Part shown: one piece after another, positions 51,964-62,400 of the stretch
Layout of the letters: each line of letters starts with the position of its first letter
Position numbering within the stretch: the first letter of the stretch is position 1
DNA from: an uncultured Actinomycetes bacterium
Lineage (GTDB): Bacteria > Actinomycetota > UBA4738 > HRBIN12
Length of the DNA: 64,000 nucleotides
NCBI GenBank assembly: GCA_963765865.1
Contig: CAVXYE010000018.1
Span: 166,184-230,183 of the forward strand
Direction: 5' to 3'
Translations under genes and position numbers: made by a program
The notes under the pieces: generated by a model
Database searches by the model: none
What the model was told of the DNA's origin: nothing
Seen by the model: the letters and a program-made list of their open reading frames with translations, nothing else

Positions 51964-52605
51964 TCAAGGGATGAGGTCGGTCAGATCGATGCCGCCGAAG
52001 CCCCACCCTCCGGAATCGTCCTGCTTGAGTGCAGTGTCGAGAGCCGCTGCCGATGCGACGAGCAAGAATCGCAAGTCGGGGGACGTCGGGCCGGTGATCT
52101 CGAGGACGTAATGATCGGCCGTCGTGAACCCTTCGCGCAGGAAGCCGGCCCACTTCTTGGTCACGCGCGCGATCTCCGTCCCGTCCGCGTCGTGGATCGC
52201 GAAATCCCACGAGCGCCAGTTCTCCGCGTCGATCGACCCGAGCCGTTCGCCTCCGGGTCCGCGAAGCGCGAACTGCTTCTTGCCGATGACGTTCTCCTGG
52301 ACGATCGCCCCGCGGTCCGCCCCGCCTGCATCGCGGATCTGCAACGTGGACTTGAAGATCTTCGCCGGCCGGACGATCTCGAGCAATTTCGTGCCGTCGG
52401 CCTCATAGACGGAAAGGCGGTGCGTCAGGAACTGATCGACGTCGCTGACGAAGCGGAGCAGCTTCTTGGACTTCGACTGACCCTTCTCGCGGATCGCCCC
52501 GACCTCTTCGCCCTCCGGATCGAGGATCCGGTACTCGTTGGTCATCTCGATCAGCTTGGCCCTCTGGCTGATCACGAGGATGTCGCGCTCGAGCAGACCC
52601 GTCAT
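51964..52605 (-). CDS. Phospholipid scramblase / LURP-one (tubby C-terminal-like) family protein
   Basis: QRAKLIE..NEY, ENWRSWDF, ITKKW-like VTKKWAG, FTTADHY, AAALD. Confidence 0.82.
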   Translation of the reverse strand: MTGLLERDILVISQRAKLIEMTNEYRILDPEGEEVGAIREKGQSKSKKLLRFVSDVDQFLTHRLSVYEADGTKLLEIVRPAKIFKSTLQIRDAGGADRGAIVQENVIGKKQFALRGPGGERLGSIDAENWRSWDFAIHDADGTEIARVTKKWAGFLREGFTTADHYVLEITGPTSPDLRFLLVASAAALDTALKQDDSGGWGFGGIDLTDLIP

Positions 52606-52683
52606 GCGGTCATGCGTAGCCGTGCCTCGGATCATCCGGAGTTCCGGTGCCGCCGACCCGCGCTCATGCGGATCTCTCTCCGG

Positions 52684-52756
52684 TGGGCGCTGAGGGGCTC
52701 GAACCCCCGACCTTCGCCTTGTAAGGGCGACGCTCTTCCAGCTGAGCTAAGCGCCC
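52684..52756 (-). tRNA. tRNA-Val (TAC)
   Basis: GGGCGCTTAGCTCAGCTGGAAGAGCGTCGCCCTTACAAGGCGAAGGTCGGGGGTTCGAGCCCCTCAGCGCCCA; 3' end reads CCG so CCA is not fully encoded. Confidence 0.95.
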
Positions 52757-53024
52757 GCGCGTGCGGTTGCCGTGTGACCGCACGCGCGGCACACCACGTC
52801 GCCGAGCTGGACCGACAGGCGCGTCGCACCGCACGCCTCGCACCGGTCCAGACCGTCGGTCCATCCCGGATCGCCTGACACTCGGGGCAGACGAGCACCT
52901 GTCGTCCGCCCGCCACCGCCCGCGCCCACGGCACCGAACGCTTGTCGGGATCGTAGGTGGGACGGCCGCAGCGCCAACACGCCGGTCGATCGCTCGGCTC
53001 GTGGGGTCCGTCGAACGGCCTCAC
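52747..53024 (-). CDS. Small four-CxxC zinc-ribbon protein; frameshift near 52872
   Basis: CWRC, CPEC, CEAC, CRAC; TATCCT 8 nt before GTG. Confidence 0.55.
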
Positions 53025-53091
53025 GGTCCGCAAGGATACGCCTCGTGTCGCGGCTAGACTGCCCGCCGAGCAAGAGCAGATCGAGGAGCCG

Positions 53092-53514
53092 ATGAGCGAA
53101 CCCACGACCCCGTTCCACGCGAAGGGCATGTTCGCCGGTCTCACGACCGACGACGTCGAGGGCATCATGCGGGTCGGGGAACCGGTCACGTTCGAGCCCG
53201 ACCGCGCGATCTTCGAGGCCGGCGACGATGGCGACGCGATGTACGTGATCACGGAGGGCGATGCGCGCGTCAACGTCGGTGGCCGCTCCCACGACCTCGG
53301 GCCCGGGGACGTCTTCGGCGAGATGGCGATCCTCGCGCCCGGGAAGCGGATGGCGACGGTCCGGACCGTCTCGACGGTCACGGCCTTGCGGGTCCCGGCC
53401 GACGCGTTCCAGGCGTTCCTGCTCCAGCATCCGGCCGTCGCGCTCTCGATCATGAAGCAACTCGTGCTTCGGCTCCGTGAGGTCGAACAACGCATCGAAG
53501 CCTGGATGGCCTGA
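53092..53514 (+). CDS. Stand-alone cyclic nucleotide-binding domain protein
   Basis: GDAMYVI..G, GDVFGEMAIL...RMATV; GAGGAG SD. Confidence 0.85.
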   Translation: MSEPTTPFHAKGMFAGLTTDDVEGIMRVGEPVTFEPDRAIFEAGDDGDAMYVITEGDARVNVGGRSHDLGPGDVFGEMAILAPGKRMATVRTVSTVTALRVPADAFQAFLLQHPAVALSIMKQLVLRLREVEQRIEAWMA

Positions 53515-53668
53515 CGAGCCGCTCGTCGTCGCAGGTCAGGGCACCCGCAAGCGAGTTCGCGCGAGAAGTCGCACAATCGCACTGTTCGTGGGTGCCTTCC
53601 CTCGCCCGCGGATAGACCTTCCCAGGGCGAGCGAAGCCACCGCCTGAGCCGAGCAGGAGGTGGTGTCG

Positions 53669-54370
53669 ATGGTTATGACCCGGTCCGACCGGGAGAACCG
53701 GCGGACCCTCGATGGCTTCGTCATGGACTGCCCGGTCTGTGGCGCGTACCTCCGCTGGGCACATCTGGAGCCGTCGTCGCACGGATCCATGTGCACGTTC
53801 TGCGGAGCGACGGTGGTGCCGACGCGACCCGACGGGTTCCGCGATCTGGACGAGCGTCTGGTCGAGGTCGAGGACCTGGGCTTGATCGGTGAACAGCTCG
53901 AGGATCCGCCTTCCCTCCTCGAGCCGATCCGTGAGCCCCGGCGGGTGCCGGGCTGGTTGCTCGCGCTGGTGTCGATCATCGCGATCGTCGGCTTCGGCGT
54001 ATGGCGGCTGACGATGTCGGCACCGGGACAAGCGGCGCCGGCCCACGCTCCGTCTCCTGCGGCTCCCGCGGCGGTCCCGCCCGCATCGAAAGGAGAGCCG
54101 AGCCCGCCGGGCATCACTCGCATCGTTGCGACGATGCAGCTCGACTCGCCGACCTGGATCGACATCACCGCCGACGGCACGCACGTGACGTCGACGACCT
54201 ATCCACCGCAGCAGCTCGTCTTCCACGCGAAGCACGATCTCCTCGTGTGGTTGGGGCACGGCAGCGGCGTCACGCTCACGGTGAACGGCAAGGACGTGAG
54301 TCTGGCGCCGAACAGCGCGAAGTACGACATCAGGCTTCGCGACGGTCACGTGTCGATCGGACCCGCATAG
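53669..54370 (+). CDS. Zn-ribbon + TM + RodZ C-terminal-like (DUF4115) protein
   Basis: CPVC..CTFC, one TM helix, TWIDITADG..LG.GSGVTLTVNGK. Confidence 0.65.
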   Translation: MVMTRSDRENRRTLDGFVMDCPVCGAYLRWAHLEPSSHGSMCTFCGATVVPTRPDGFRDLDERLVEVEDLGLIGEQLEDPPSLLEPIREPRRVPGWLLALVSIIAIVGFGVWRLTMSAPGQAAPAHAPSPAAPAAVPPASKGEPSPPGITRIVATMQLDSPTWIDITADGTHVTSTTYPPQQLVFHAKHDLLVWLGHGSGVTLTVNGKDVSLAPNSAKYDIRLRDGHVSIGPA

Positions 54371-54376
54371 CGCGCT

Positions 54377-55993
54377 TCATGACGCGTCGTGCACGACGCG
54401 ACCCGCGGCGAGGGTCATCGTCACGCGCGTCGTGGCGATCTCGTTCGCGGGACCCGCGAAGGGGTTCCGGTCGAGCACGGCGAGGTCGGCCCGCATGCCG
54501 GGCTCGATGGAGCCCGCGTCGTCGTCGTGGTTCACGAACGCCGAGCCGCGGGTGAACGCGGCCAGGGCAGCCTGCAGATCGATGCCTTGCGCTGCAAGGA
54601 GCACCGGGCCGTCCGACGAGCCGGGAGCGCGCCTCGTCACGGCGACCTCCAACTGCTGGAACGGGTCCGGCGTCGACACAGGCCAGTCGCTCCCGAAGGC
54701 CAACGCCGCGCCGGCTCGTCGGAGATCGCCGATCGGATAGAGACGATCGGCGCGGGCGCCGACGCGTGGTTTCGTCATGGTCTCGATCGTCGGATCGGGC
54801 TGTGCCCAGAACGGCTGCATGTTCGCGATGGCACCGACCTCCCGGAGACGCGGGATGTCGTTCGGATCCGGAAGCTGGAGGTGGGCGATGTGGTGCCGCA
54901 GATCGTTCGGGCCGTTCGCGCGGCGTGCGGACCCGAGCGCGTCGATGGCGCTACGGACCGCACGATCTCCGAGCGCGTGCTGGTGCACCTGGAAGCCGAG
55001 CGCATCGAGGCGCACCACCGCCTCCTTCAGCAGATCGGGGTCGACGAACTGGATCCCCCGGTCGTGCTCCCGGCCGAAGCGTCCCTCGTACGGATCGAGC
55101 ATCGACCCGGTGCAGCTCTCCGGACATCCGTCCAACATGATCTTGACGGTCGATGCGTGAACGTTCCCGCCGCTCCCCCACGCGCGCTGGTCAACGAACC
55201 CGTCGATCTGTTCCATCCCGCGATGCCGGTCCCACCAGAGGGCCGTCACGACTCGGGCGCGAAGCTCGCCCGCGTCGTCGAGCGAACGGTACGCGCGGAG
55301 CAGATCGGGCTCGACCCACGCGTCCTGCCAGCCGGTGATCCCCAGAGCGAACAACCGGTCCTGCGCGACGCGGATCGCATCCGTCCAGTCCCCGACGGAC
55401 TCGCGCGGCACGACGTCGGACCAGAACGAGTACGCGGCGCCCTCCTGCAGACACCCGGTCGGCGTGCCGTCGGGATCGCGGACGTAGTACCCGTCCCACG
55501 GGTCGGGCGTCGAACGGGTGATCGCCCCGACCTCGAGCGCCTTCGTGTTGACCCACGCCGCGTGCGTGTCCGTGTTCATGAGGAAGACGGGGCGGTCCGC
55601 GACGACGGCGTCGAGGTCCTCGGCCCTCGGACCGTCCGTCGCCTGGAACACCGGGTTGTACCAACCGCCGCCGACGATCCACGGCAGATCGGGATGCTCG
55701 CGCGCGAAGCTGGCGATCCGCTCGAGGTACGCGTCCCTCGTCGCCAGATCGTCGAGGTTGACGTTCAAGAGGATCCGCCCCGCGAACGCCGCGTGAACGT
55801 GCGCGTCCTGGAACCCCGGGACGATGCAGGCGCCGCGGACGATCTCGTCCGCGGCGCCGACCCGCTCGCGCACCTCATCCTCGGTGCCGACGGCGACGAT
55901 CCGGTCCCCCGCGATCGCGACCGCTCGCGCCCACCCATCCGCGCGATCGACCGTGACGACGTCGCCGACGAGCACCAGATCCGCCCCGCTCAC
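54377..55993 (-). CDS. Amidohydrolase 3 (YtcJ-like)
   Basis: PGFQDAHVH, KIMLDG, HALGD, HHIAHLQ, FGSDWPV, G..ADLAVLD. Confidence 0.92.
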   Translation of the reverse strand: MSGADLVLVGDVVTVDRADGWARAVAIAGDRIVAVGTEDEVRERVGAADEIVRGACIVPGFQDAHVHAAFAGRILLNVNLDDLATRDAYLERIASFAREHPDLPWIVGGGWYNPVFQATDGPRAEDLDAVVADRPVFLMNTDTHAAWVNTKALEVGAITRSTPDPWDGYYVRDPDGTPTGCLQEGAAYSFWSDVVPRESVGDWTDAIRVAQDRLFALGITGWQDAWVEPDLLRAYRSLDDAGELRARVVTALWWDRHRGMEQIDGFVDQRAWGSGGNVHASTVKIMLDGCPESCTGSMLDPYEGRFGREHDRGIQFVDPDLLKEAVVRLDALGFQVHQHALGDRAVRSAIDALGSARRANGPNDLRHHIAHLQLPDPNDIPRLREVGAIANMQPFWAQPDPTIETMTKPRVGARADRLYPIGDLRRAGAALAFGSDWPVSTPDPFQQLEVAVTRRAPGSSDGPVLLAAQGIDLQAALAAFTRGSAFVNHDDDAGSIEPGMRADLAVLDRNPFAGPANEIATTRVTMTLAAGRVVHDAS

Positions 55994-56027
55994 GGGCGCG
56001 GACGCTACCAGCCGACGTGGTGCCGGC

Positions 56028-56441
56028 TCAGCGGATCACGATGCTGCCGTGCATCCCGTAGGCGTAGTGACCGGGGAGGTGGCACGCGAACTGGAGATGC
56101 GGGACGGCGCTCGTCGGGAAGGTGTAGGTGGTCTCGGCCGTCGTGCCGGCGGGCACCGACACCTCGCCCGGCTTGGCGCCGTGCGAGGGCTCGGTGCCGA
56201 TCTCGTGGATCATCTGGACGTACCGATCGCCCACGATGAACTCGTGGGCGATCGGATCCTCGTTGTGGATCACGAACCGGACGGTCTCCCCGGGATCGAC
56301 GGCGATGGATGACGCATCGAAGTGGGAGAAGTGGATCGTGATGTCCACCGTGCGCACGGCGGGACCGGCGGTGCTCCACGCGACCAACGCACCGACCAGC
56401 ACGAGCCCGGCCGCGATCGCCGCCGCCCGCGCGCGAAGCAT
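56028..56441 (-). CDS. Cupredoxin domain protein
   Basis: N-terminal TM, HEF, C.LPGHY..GM type-1 copper ligands. Confidence 0.85.
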   Translation of the reverse strand: MLRARAAAIAAGLVLVGALVAWSTAGPAVRTVDITIHFSHFDASSIAVDPGETVRFVIHNEDPIAHEFIVGDRYVQMIHEIGTEPSHGAKPGEVSVPAGTTAETTYTFPTSAVPHLQFACHLPGHYAYGMHGSIVIR

Positions 56442-57515
56442 CACCGAGCTGCCTGGCGCGCGATCCCCCGTCGGCCCGCGACCGCGGCGAACGCCAGCAC
56501 CGTGAGCGACAGGACGGCGACCCACGCGACCGGCCACGCCGCGGGAAGGGACGGCGTGACCGGCGCGTACCCGGCCGCGACCGGATCCGGATGCCCGTAT
56601 CCGCTCGCGTCGATCGCCAGGTCGTTGGTCAGGGTGCTCGCGGGCGTGTCGATCTTCAGGTACGTGAGCCACAGGCCGCTCGAGGGCAGCCAGCCCATCC
56701 TGCGGTCCGAGCGCAGGTCGGCGAGCAAACTGGGAGATGCGGCCTCGCTCACCTGCCGCACGATCCCTTGCTGACCGGGGTCGCCGTTCGGCCGCACCGC
56801 GTGCGGGAGCATCGCGGGTGCGCGGTCGGTGAGCAGGTAGACGTCGGCCTGCACGAGCTGGGTGGGCTTCAGTCCGAGCGTGAGGATGCGGAGCGGGACC
56901 CACGGGTTCGGCGTGGGGATCACGATGTCCACGGGCGTGCCCTCGCCCTGCAAGGACCCCCTGCGCGGCCGCGCGCTTCGCGTTGAACCGGACCGCCATG
57001 AAGATCGGGCTCCGCTGCGCGTAGAAATCCAGGACCTCCGGGGCGTCGGGCGGGAGGAAGAACCCGTGCTGGGTCGCCCACGTGCCGACGGCGACGGCAC
57101 CGCCCTTGAGCACGGTGACGTCGAGCGAGTCGATCTTCGTCTTCAGGATCACCACGGCGCGCTCAGGGGCGGCCGAAGCGGCGAAGACGCCATCGGCCGC
57201 GAAGATCGGGGGGTTCGTCTCCAGGACCAGCCGTTGCAAGGTCCAGCCGCCGCCCTTGATCACCTTCGAGGGGATCCCCGGCAGCGGGATGATCGAGCCC
57301 ACGTCCCCGCTCGTCTTCCCGGCGTACTCGAACGACGTGATGTAGTGCTCGACACCGTTGTGGTACGCGGCGAGCGTCGTGGTGCGGGTCAGGCTGATGG
57401 TGCCGTTGGGCGCCAGGAGGGCGCCGCACGCGAACGCGCTCCCGGCGGGAACGAGTACGAGGGCGGCGGTGATGCCGGCGACCACGAGACGGCGGACGGT
57501 GCGTGTTCGGGCCAT
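56441..57515 (-). CDS. DUF2330-like secreted/membrane-anchored protein; frameshift near 56955
   Basis: Signal ending AFACG, IIPLP..P, W..QHGF, LDFY, PWVPLRIL, C-terminal TM; family call from memory. Confidence 0.65.
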
Positions 57516-57617
57516 TGCCTCTCCCCTTCGTTCGAGGACCGCCGTTCGACGGCGTCGGGCGCCGCGATGGTTCCCGCGGCTCGACGATCCATGCCGGGGA
57601 TCGGCGGAGTTGTGACC

Positions 57618-58316
57618 TCAGCCGGGGGTGGTGAACCGTTGGCCGGCGCCGAAGGTCTCGCGATGCTCGGGCCCCCGAACATCGACACCGCTCCGGCCGA
57701 AGACCTCCCAGCGCTCCCCGTCCCCGAGGATCGCCGTGCGCTCATCGATCCCGATGAACCAGGTCCCGTCGGGGACCCGTGACGTCATCCACCAGGCGAG
57801 ACCGGGGATCTTGCCCGCCCGGTCCCAATGGACGCCGAACGATGCGTGCTGGATCAGCCCCAGACCGAACAGCCACGAGCTCCCACGCGCCCCATCCCGC
57901 GACCGGCTGACGACCATCGCGCCCGCGCTGCATCCGGCCCACACCGCGCCGCGGTCCATGCCGCGGAGGATCGCTTCGAGCAGCGGTGAGTCGCGGAGCA
58001 CACCGGCGAGGTGCTGGGGCTTGCCACCGGAGAAGTACACGAGCGAGGCCGCTTCGGCGCGAACAGCGAGATCCTCGCGGAACGCATCCTCCCGTCGTTT
58101 CACCGGCAGGACCTCGGCGGGGACATCGACCTCGGCGTAGTGATCGAGCCCCATCGTGCCCCACCGATCGAACACGGCATCGCCCTCGGTGGCGCTCGCG
58201 GTCGGAAGGATCACCACGGTTCCGTCGCCGTTCGCGTCGGCGAGCGCCCGCGACTCCACGTCGTGCGTCCACGACTCGAACTCGCCGGAGCCGAGCAACA
58301 GGAAGGCACGTGCCAC
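57618..58316 (-). CDS. Peptidase S51/cyanophycinase-like (class I GATase fold)
   Basis: LLGSGE, LPTAS, YFSGG, GCSAGAM nucleophile elbow, GIDERTA. Confidence 0.85.
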   Translation of the reverse strand: MARAFLLLGSGEFESWTHDVESRALADANGDGTVVILPTASATEGDAVFDRWGTMGLDHYAEVDVPAEVLPVKRREDAFREDLAVRAEAASLVYFSGGKPQHLAGVLRDSPLLEAILRGMDRGAVWAGCSAGAMVVSRSRDGARGSSWLFGLGLIQHASFGVHWDRAGKIPGLAWWMTSRVPDGTWFIGIDERTAILGDGERWEVFGRSGVDVRGPEHRETFGAGQRFTTPG

Positions 58317-58339
58317 GGTCCGCGAGCGTACCGCCCGGC

Positions 58340-59332
58340 TCAATCGTCGGCGAGCGGGGTGTCGGGCAGGGAGACGACCTCCGCCGGCACGGTGATCCGT
58401 CCTTCCCGATGACGACCGCCACGCTCGCGGCGCAGGCGGCGGGAGGCATGCTGCTGTTCGCTCGGCGCCGGCGTCGAGCGGGCGCGCCAGGACGCCACGA
58501 TCATCGCCCCCAGACCGAACGCTCCCCCGAGGATCCACCAGACGACGTTGATGAACGGCACGAGCCCGACCGCCGAGCCGATGCCCCATCCGGCGAAGAG
58601 GGAGGCCCAACGGGAGCGGGGATCCTTCACCAGGGCACGGCCGACGATCCACGTGACCCATGCCATCCCGGTCAGCCAGAGCAGACCGATGCCGAGCAGC
58701 AGCGCGAGCGCCAGCGGGAGCCCGAGGATCGTCGCCGCCGCAACGATCGAAACGACCGGGAGCGCGATCACCGACAGCAGGCCCCAGCCGGCGGACACCA
58801 GCGGCGATGCGCGGCCGGCCGCGGCGACGCGCTCGGCGCCGCGCGGCGCGAACAGGAGGAGAACGAGCCCGACGAGGAGGATCGACACCGCCATCGCGGC
58901 CGACGTCAGGAGCGGACCGAGGACGTCGAGCGGACCGGACAGGGTGAAACGCACGCCGTGCTGGATCGCCCCGTCCACCTGGGCGCCTTCGATCTGATGG
59001 ACGTCGCCTCCGGCCCGAACGCTCCCGGCGACCTGCGCCGTCGCGAGCAGCCGCACGGAACCATGGACCGCGATCACGTCGCCGCTCACCTGTCCTCCGA
59101 TCGTGATCGGTCCGTCGAGCACGACGACGTCTCCGCGAGCCACACCGGCAACCGTCGCGCTCCCACGGAACACCACGATCTCGCCGACGACCTCGCCCCG
59201 GGCGACGACGACGTCGCCGCGCAGCACCACCTGGTCGACCGACGAAGCGGAACCGGCGACCTCGGCGGACGCGGCGGTCGGCCACATCGCGGCCACGAGG
59301 AGGAGCACGAACGCTGCGGCGCGGCCCGACAT
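58340..59332 (-). CDS. Membrane protein with bactofilin-like beta-helix N-terminal domain
   Basis: Signal peptide, V.GDVV..G repeats, about 5 TM helices. Confidence 0.7.
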   Translation of the reverse strand: MSGRAAAFVLLLVAAMWPTAASAEVAGSASSVDQVVLRGDVVVARGEVVGEIVVFRGSATVAGVARGDVVVLDGPITIGGQVSGDVIAVHGSVRLLATAQVAGSVRAGGDVHQIEGAQVDGAIQHGVRFTLSGPLDVLGPLLTSAAMAVSILLVGLVLLLFAPRGAERVAAAGRASPLVSAGWGLLSVIALPVVSIVAAATILGLPLALALLLGIGLLWLTGMAWVTWIVGRALVKDPRSRWASLFAGWGIGSAVGLVPFINVVWWILGGAFGLGAMIVASWRARSTPAPSEQQHASRRLRRERGGRHREGRITVPAEVVSLPDTPLADD

Positions 59333-59405
59333 GGTGAGGCATCGTACCCGTGTCCCGTCGGCTCCCCGCTCGTTCGTCGGTGTCACCGGGTAGCGTGTGA
59401 GGATC

Positions 59406-62400
59406 GTGTCGCTCGCTGCCTTCTCCCCCGCCACGCGCGCTTGGTTCGAAGGTTCGTTCGAGGCGCCCACCGATGCCCAGACCAAAGGCTGGGAGGCGAT
59501 CGCCGAGGGACGCCACACCTTGCTGTTGGCGCCCACCGGCTCGGGCAAGACGCTCGCCGCGTTCCTGGCCGCGATCGACCGACTCACCACGACCCCACCT
59601 CCGAGCCGGGACCGGCGCACCACGGTGCTCTACATCTCGCCGCTCCGCGCCCTCGCGGTCGACATCGAGAAGAACCTCCGGGCGCCGCTCGCGGGCATCC
59701 AGCACGCGGCGGAACGCCGCGGGCTGACGCTCGCGCACGTGCCCACGGTGGGGGTGCGCACGGGCGACACCGATGCCCGCGAGCGTCGCCGACTGCTGAC
59801 GCACCCTCCCGACATCCTCATCACCACGCCCGAATCGCTCTACCTGATGCTCACGTCCTCCGCCCGGGAGACGCTGCGGAGCGTTCGGACCGTGATCGTC
59901 GACGAGATCCATGCGATCGCGGCGACGAAGCGCGGCGCCCATCTGATGCTGTCGCTGGAGCGGCTCGAGGCGCTGATGGACGACCCGCCCCAGCGGATCG
60001 GGCTGTCCGCCACGCAGCGTCCGCTGGAGGAGATCGCGCGACTCCTCGGCGGCTTCGAAGCGCCTGACCGTTTGCGTGACGTCGCCGTGGTCGACGCGGG
60101 CCGCCGCAAGACGCTCGCCCTGGAGATCATCGTTCCCGTCGAAGACATGGCCGATCTCAGCATCCGGCCGGTCGAGGCACCGCACGCGCAGCTCACCGAT
60201 GAGCCCGATCACACCTCGATCTGGCCTTCCATCCACCCGGTGTTGCTCGATCTGATCCGCGCGCACCGCTCCACGATCGTGTTCGTCAACAACCGGCGGA
60301 GCGCCGAACGGCTGGCGTCGCGGCTGAACGAGCTCGCGGACGAGGACCTCGTGCGGGCGCATCACGGGTCGATCGCGCGCGAGCAGCGCCTGGAGGTCGA
60401 GGATGCGCTCAAGGACGGGCGGCTCCGAGGCATCGTCGCGACGTCGTCGCTCGAGCTCGGGATCGACATGGGTGCGGTCGACCTCGTGGTGCAGGTGGAG
60501 GCGCCGCCGTCCGTCGCCGGCGGGCTCCAGCGGATCGGCCGGGCCGGACATCAGGTGGGGGCGCCCAGCGTCGGCAAGCTCATCCCCAAGTACCGGGGCG
60601 ACCTGCTCCAGATGGCGGTCGTGGCAGAGCGGATGCTGAGCGCGGACATCGAGTCCACCCGGTACCCGCGCAACCCGCTCGACGTGCTCGCCCAGCAGCT
60701 GGTCGCGATGTCCGCGGTCGATGAGTGGCGCGTCGAGGACCTCTTCGACGCGGTGCGGCGGTGCGCCAGCTTCGCCGAGCTCTCCGAGGACCTGTTCCTC
60801 GCGGTGCTCGACATGCTGGCGGGCCGCTACCCGTCCGACGCCTTCGCGGAGCTGAGGCCACGCATCGTCTGGGATCGAGCGACGAACGTGATCCGCGCAC
60901 GCGAGGGAGCCGGGCGCCTGGCGATCGTCTCGGGCGGGACGATCCCCGACCGGGGGCTGTTCGGGGTCTTCATGCCCGACGGCACGCGAGTCGGCGAGCT
61001 GGACGAAGAGTGCGTGTACGAGTCCCGGCGCGGCGAGGTCATCCTGCTCGGCGCGAGCGCCTGGCGGATCGAGGACATCACGCGCGACCGCGTTGTCGTG
61101 GTTCCCGCGCCGGGCGAGCACGGGAAGCTCCCCTTCTGGAAGGCGCCCGGTCCGGGCAGACCGATCGAGCTCGGCCGGGCGATCGGGCGGTTCACGCGCG
61201 AGCTCCGCTCCACGCGGCGCGACGACGTGATGCGCCGGCTCCGTGAGGACATCGGGCTCGACGAGCGCGCCGCGCGGAACCTCGTCGCCTACATCGACGA
61301 ACAGTCCGAAGCCACCGGGGGCGCGGTCCCGGACGATCGGACGATCGTCGTCGAACGCTTCCGCGACGAGCTGGGCGACTGGCGGGTCTGCATCCTGTCC
61401 CCGTTCGGCTCGCGCGTGCATGCGCCCTGGGCGCTCGCGATCGAGGCTCGGATGCAGGAGCGTCTCGGGTCCGGCGCGCAGGTGCTGTGGTCCGACGACG
61501 GGATCGTCCTGCGGCTCCCCGAGGCCGTCGAGCGGATCCCGATCGAGGATCTCGTGTTCGAGCCCGACCAGATCGAAGAGGCCGTGGTCGGCGTGCTCCC
61601 GGGGACGACGATGTTCGCCACCGTCTTCCGAGAGGTCGCGGCCCGAGCGTTGCTGCTCCCGCGTCGCCTCCCCGGACGCCGCACCCCCCTCTGGCAGCAG
61701 CGGCAGCGGAGCGCCGATCTCCTCGGGCAAGCGGGCCGGTACCCCGGGTTCCCGATGTTGCTCGAGACCACGCGGGAATGCGTGCGCGATCTCTTCGACG
61801 TACCGGCTCTGCGCGAGGTGATGGGCGACCTCCGCGCGCGCACGACCCGGCTGGTCGCGGTCGAGACCGACAAGGCGTCGCCGTTCTCCCAATCGCTGCT
61901 GTTCAGCTGGATCGCGGTCTACATGTACGAGGGCGACGCTCCGCTCGCGGAGCGGCGCGCGGCCGCGCTGTCCCTGGACCGCGACCTGCTCCGGGAGCTG
62001 CTCGGCACCGACGAGCTGCGCGAGCTGTTGGATCCTCGAGCGCTCGACGAGGTGGAGCTCGAGCTGCAACGCCTCGCCGACGGCCGACACGCGCGTCACG
62101 CCGACGGCGTCCACGATCTGCTCCGCGATCTCGGACCGCTCACACACGACGAGATCCGGGCCCGCGTCGATGGCGATGCCGACGCGATGCTCGGGGGCGT
62201 CCTGGAGGATGGTCGCGCGATCGGGGTACGCGTGGCGGGCGACGATCGGTACGCCGCGGTCGAAGATGCGGCGAGGCTCCGCGATGCGCTCGGCGTCTCA
62301 CTCCCGCTGGGCGTTCCCGGCGCGTTCACCACCGCCGTCGAGGCGCCGCTCGACGACCTCGTCGCGCGCTACGCCAGGACCCACGGTCCCTTCACGGTCG

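Noticed and set aside
38178-52756. Prophage or ICE integrated at tRNA-Val
   Set aside because: No integrase, transposase, phage genes or duplicated tRNA 3' end seen in the window
57618-58316. Cyanophycin metabolism locus
   Set aside because: No cyanophycin synthetase nearby; the S51 fold alone does not specify the substrate
57618-62147. 1509-aa minus-strand ORF and other long antisense ORFs (e.g. 7651..9969, 10452..12266, 54389..56239)
   Set aside because: High-GC shadow frames of real genes; only the terminal parts (peptidase S51, PAP2, response regulator) are genuine
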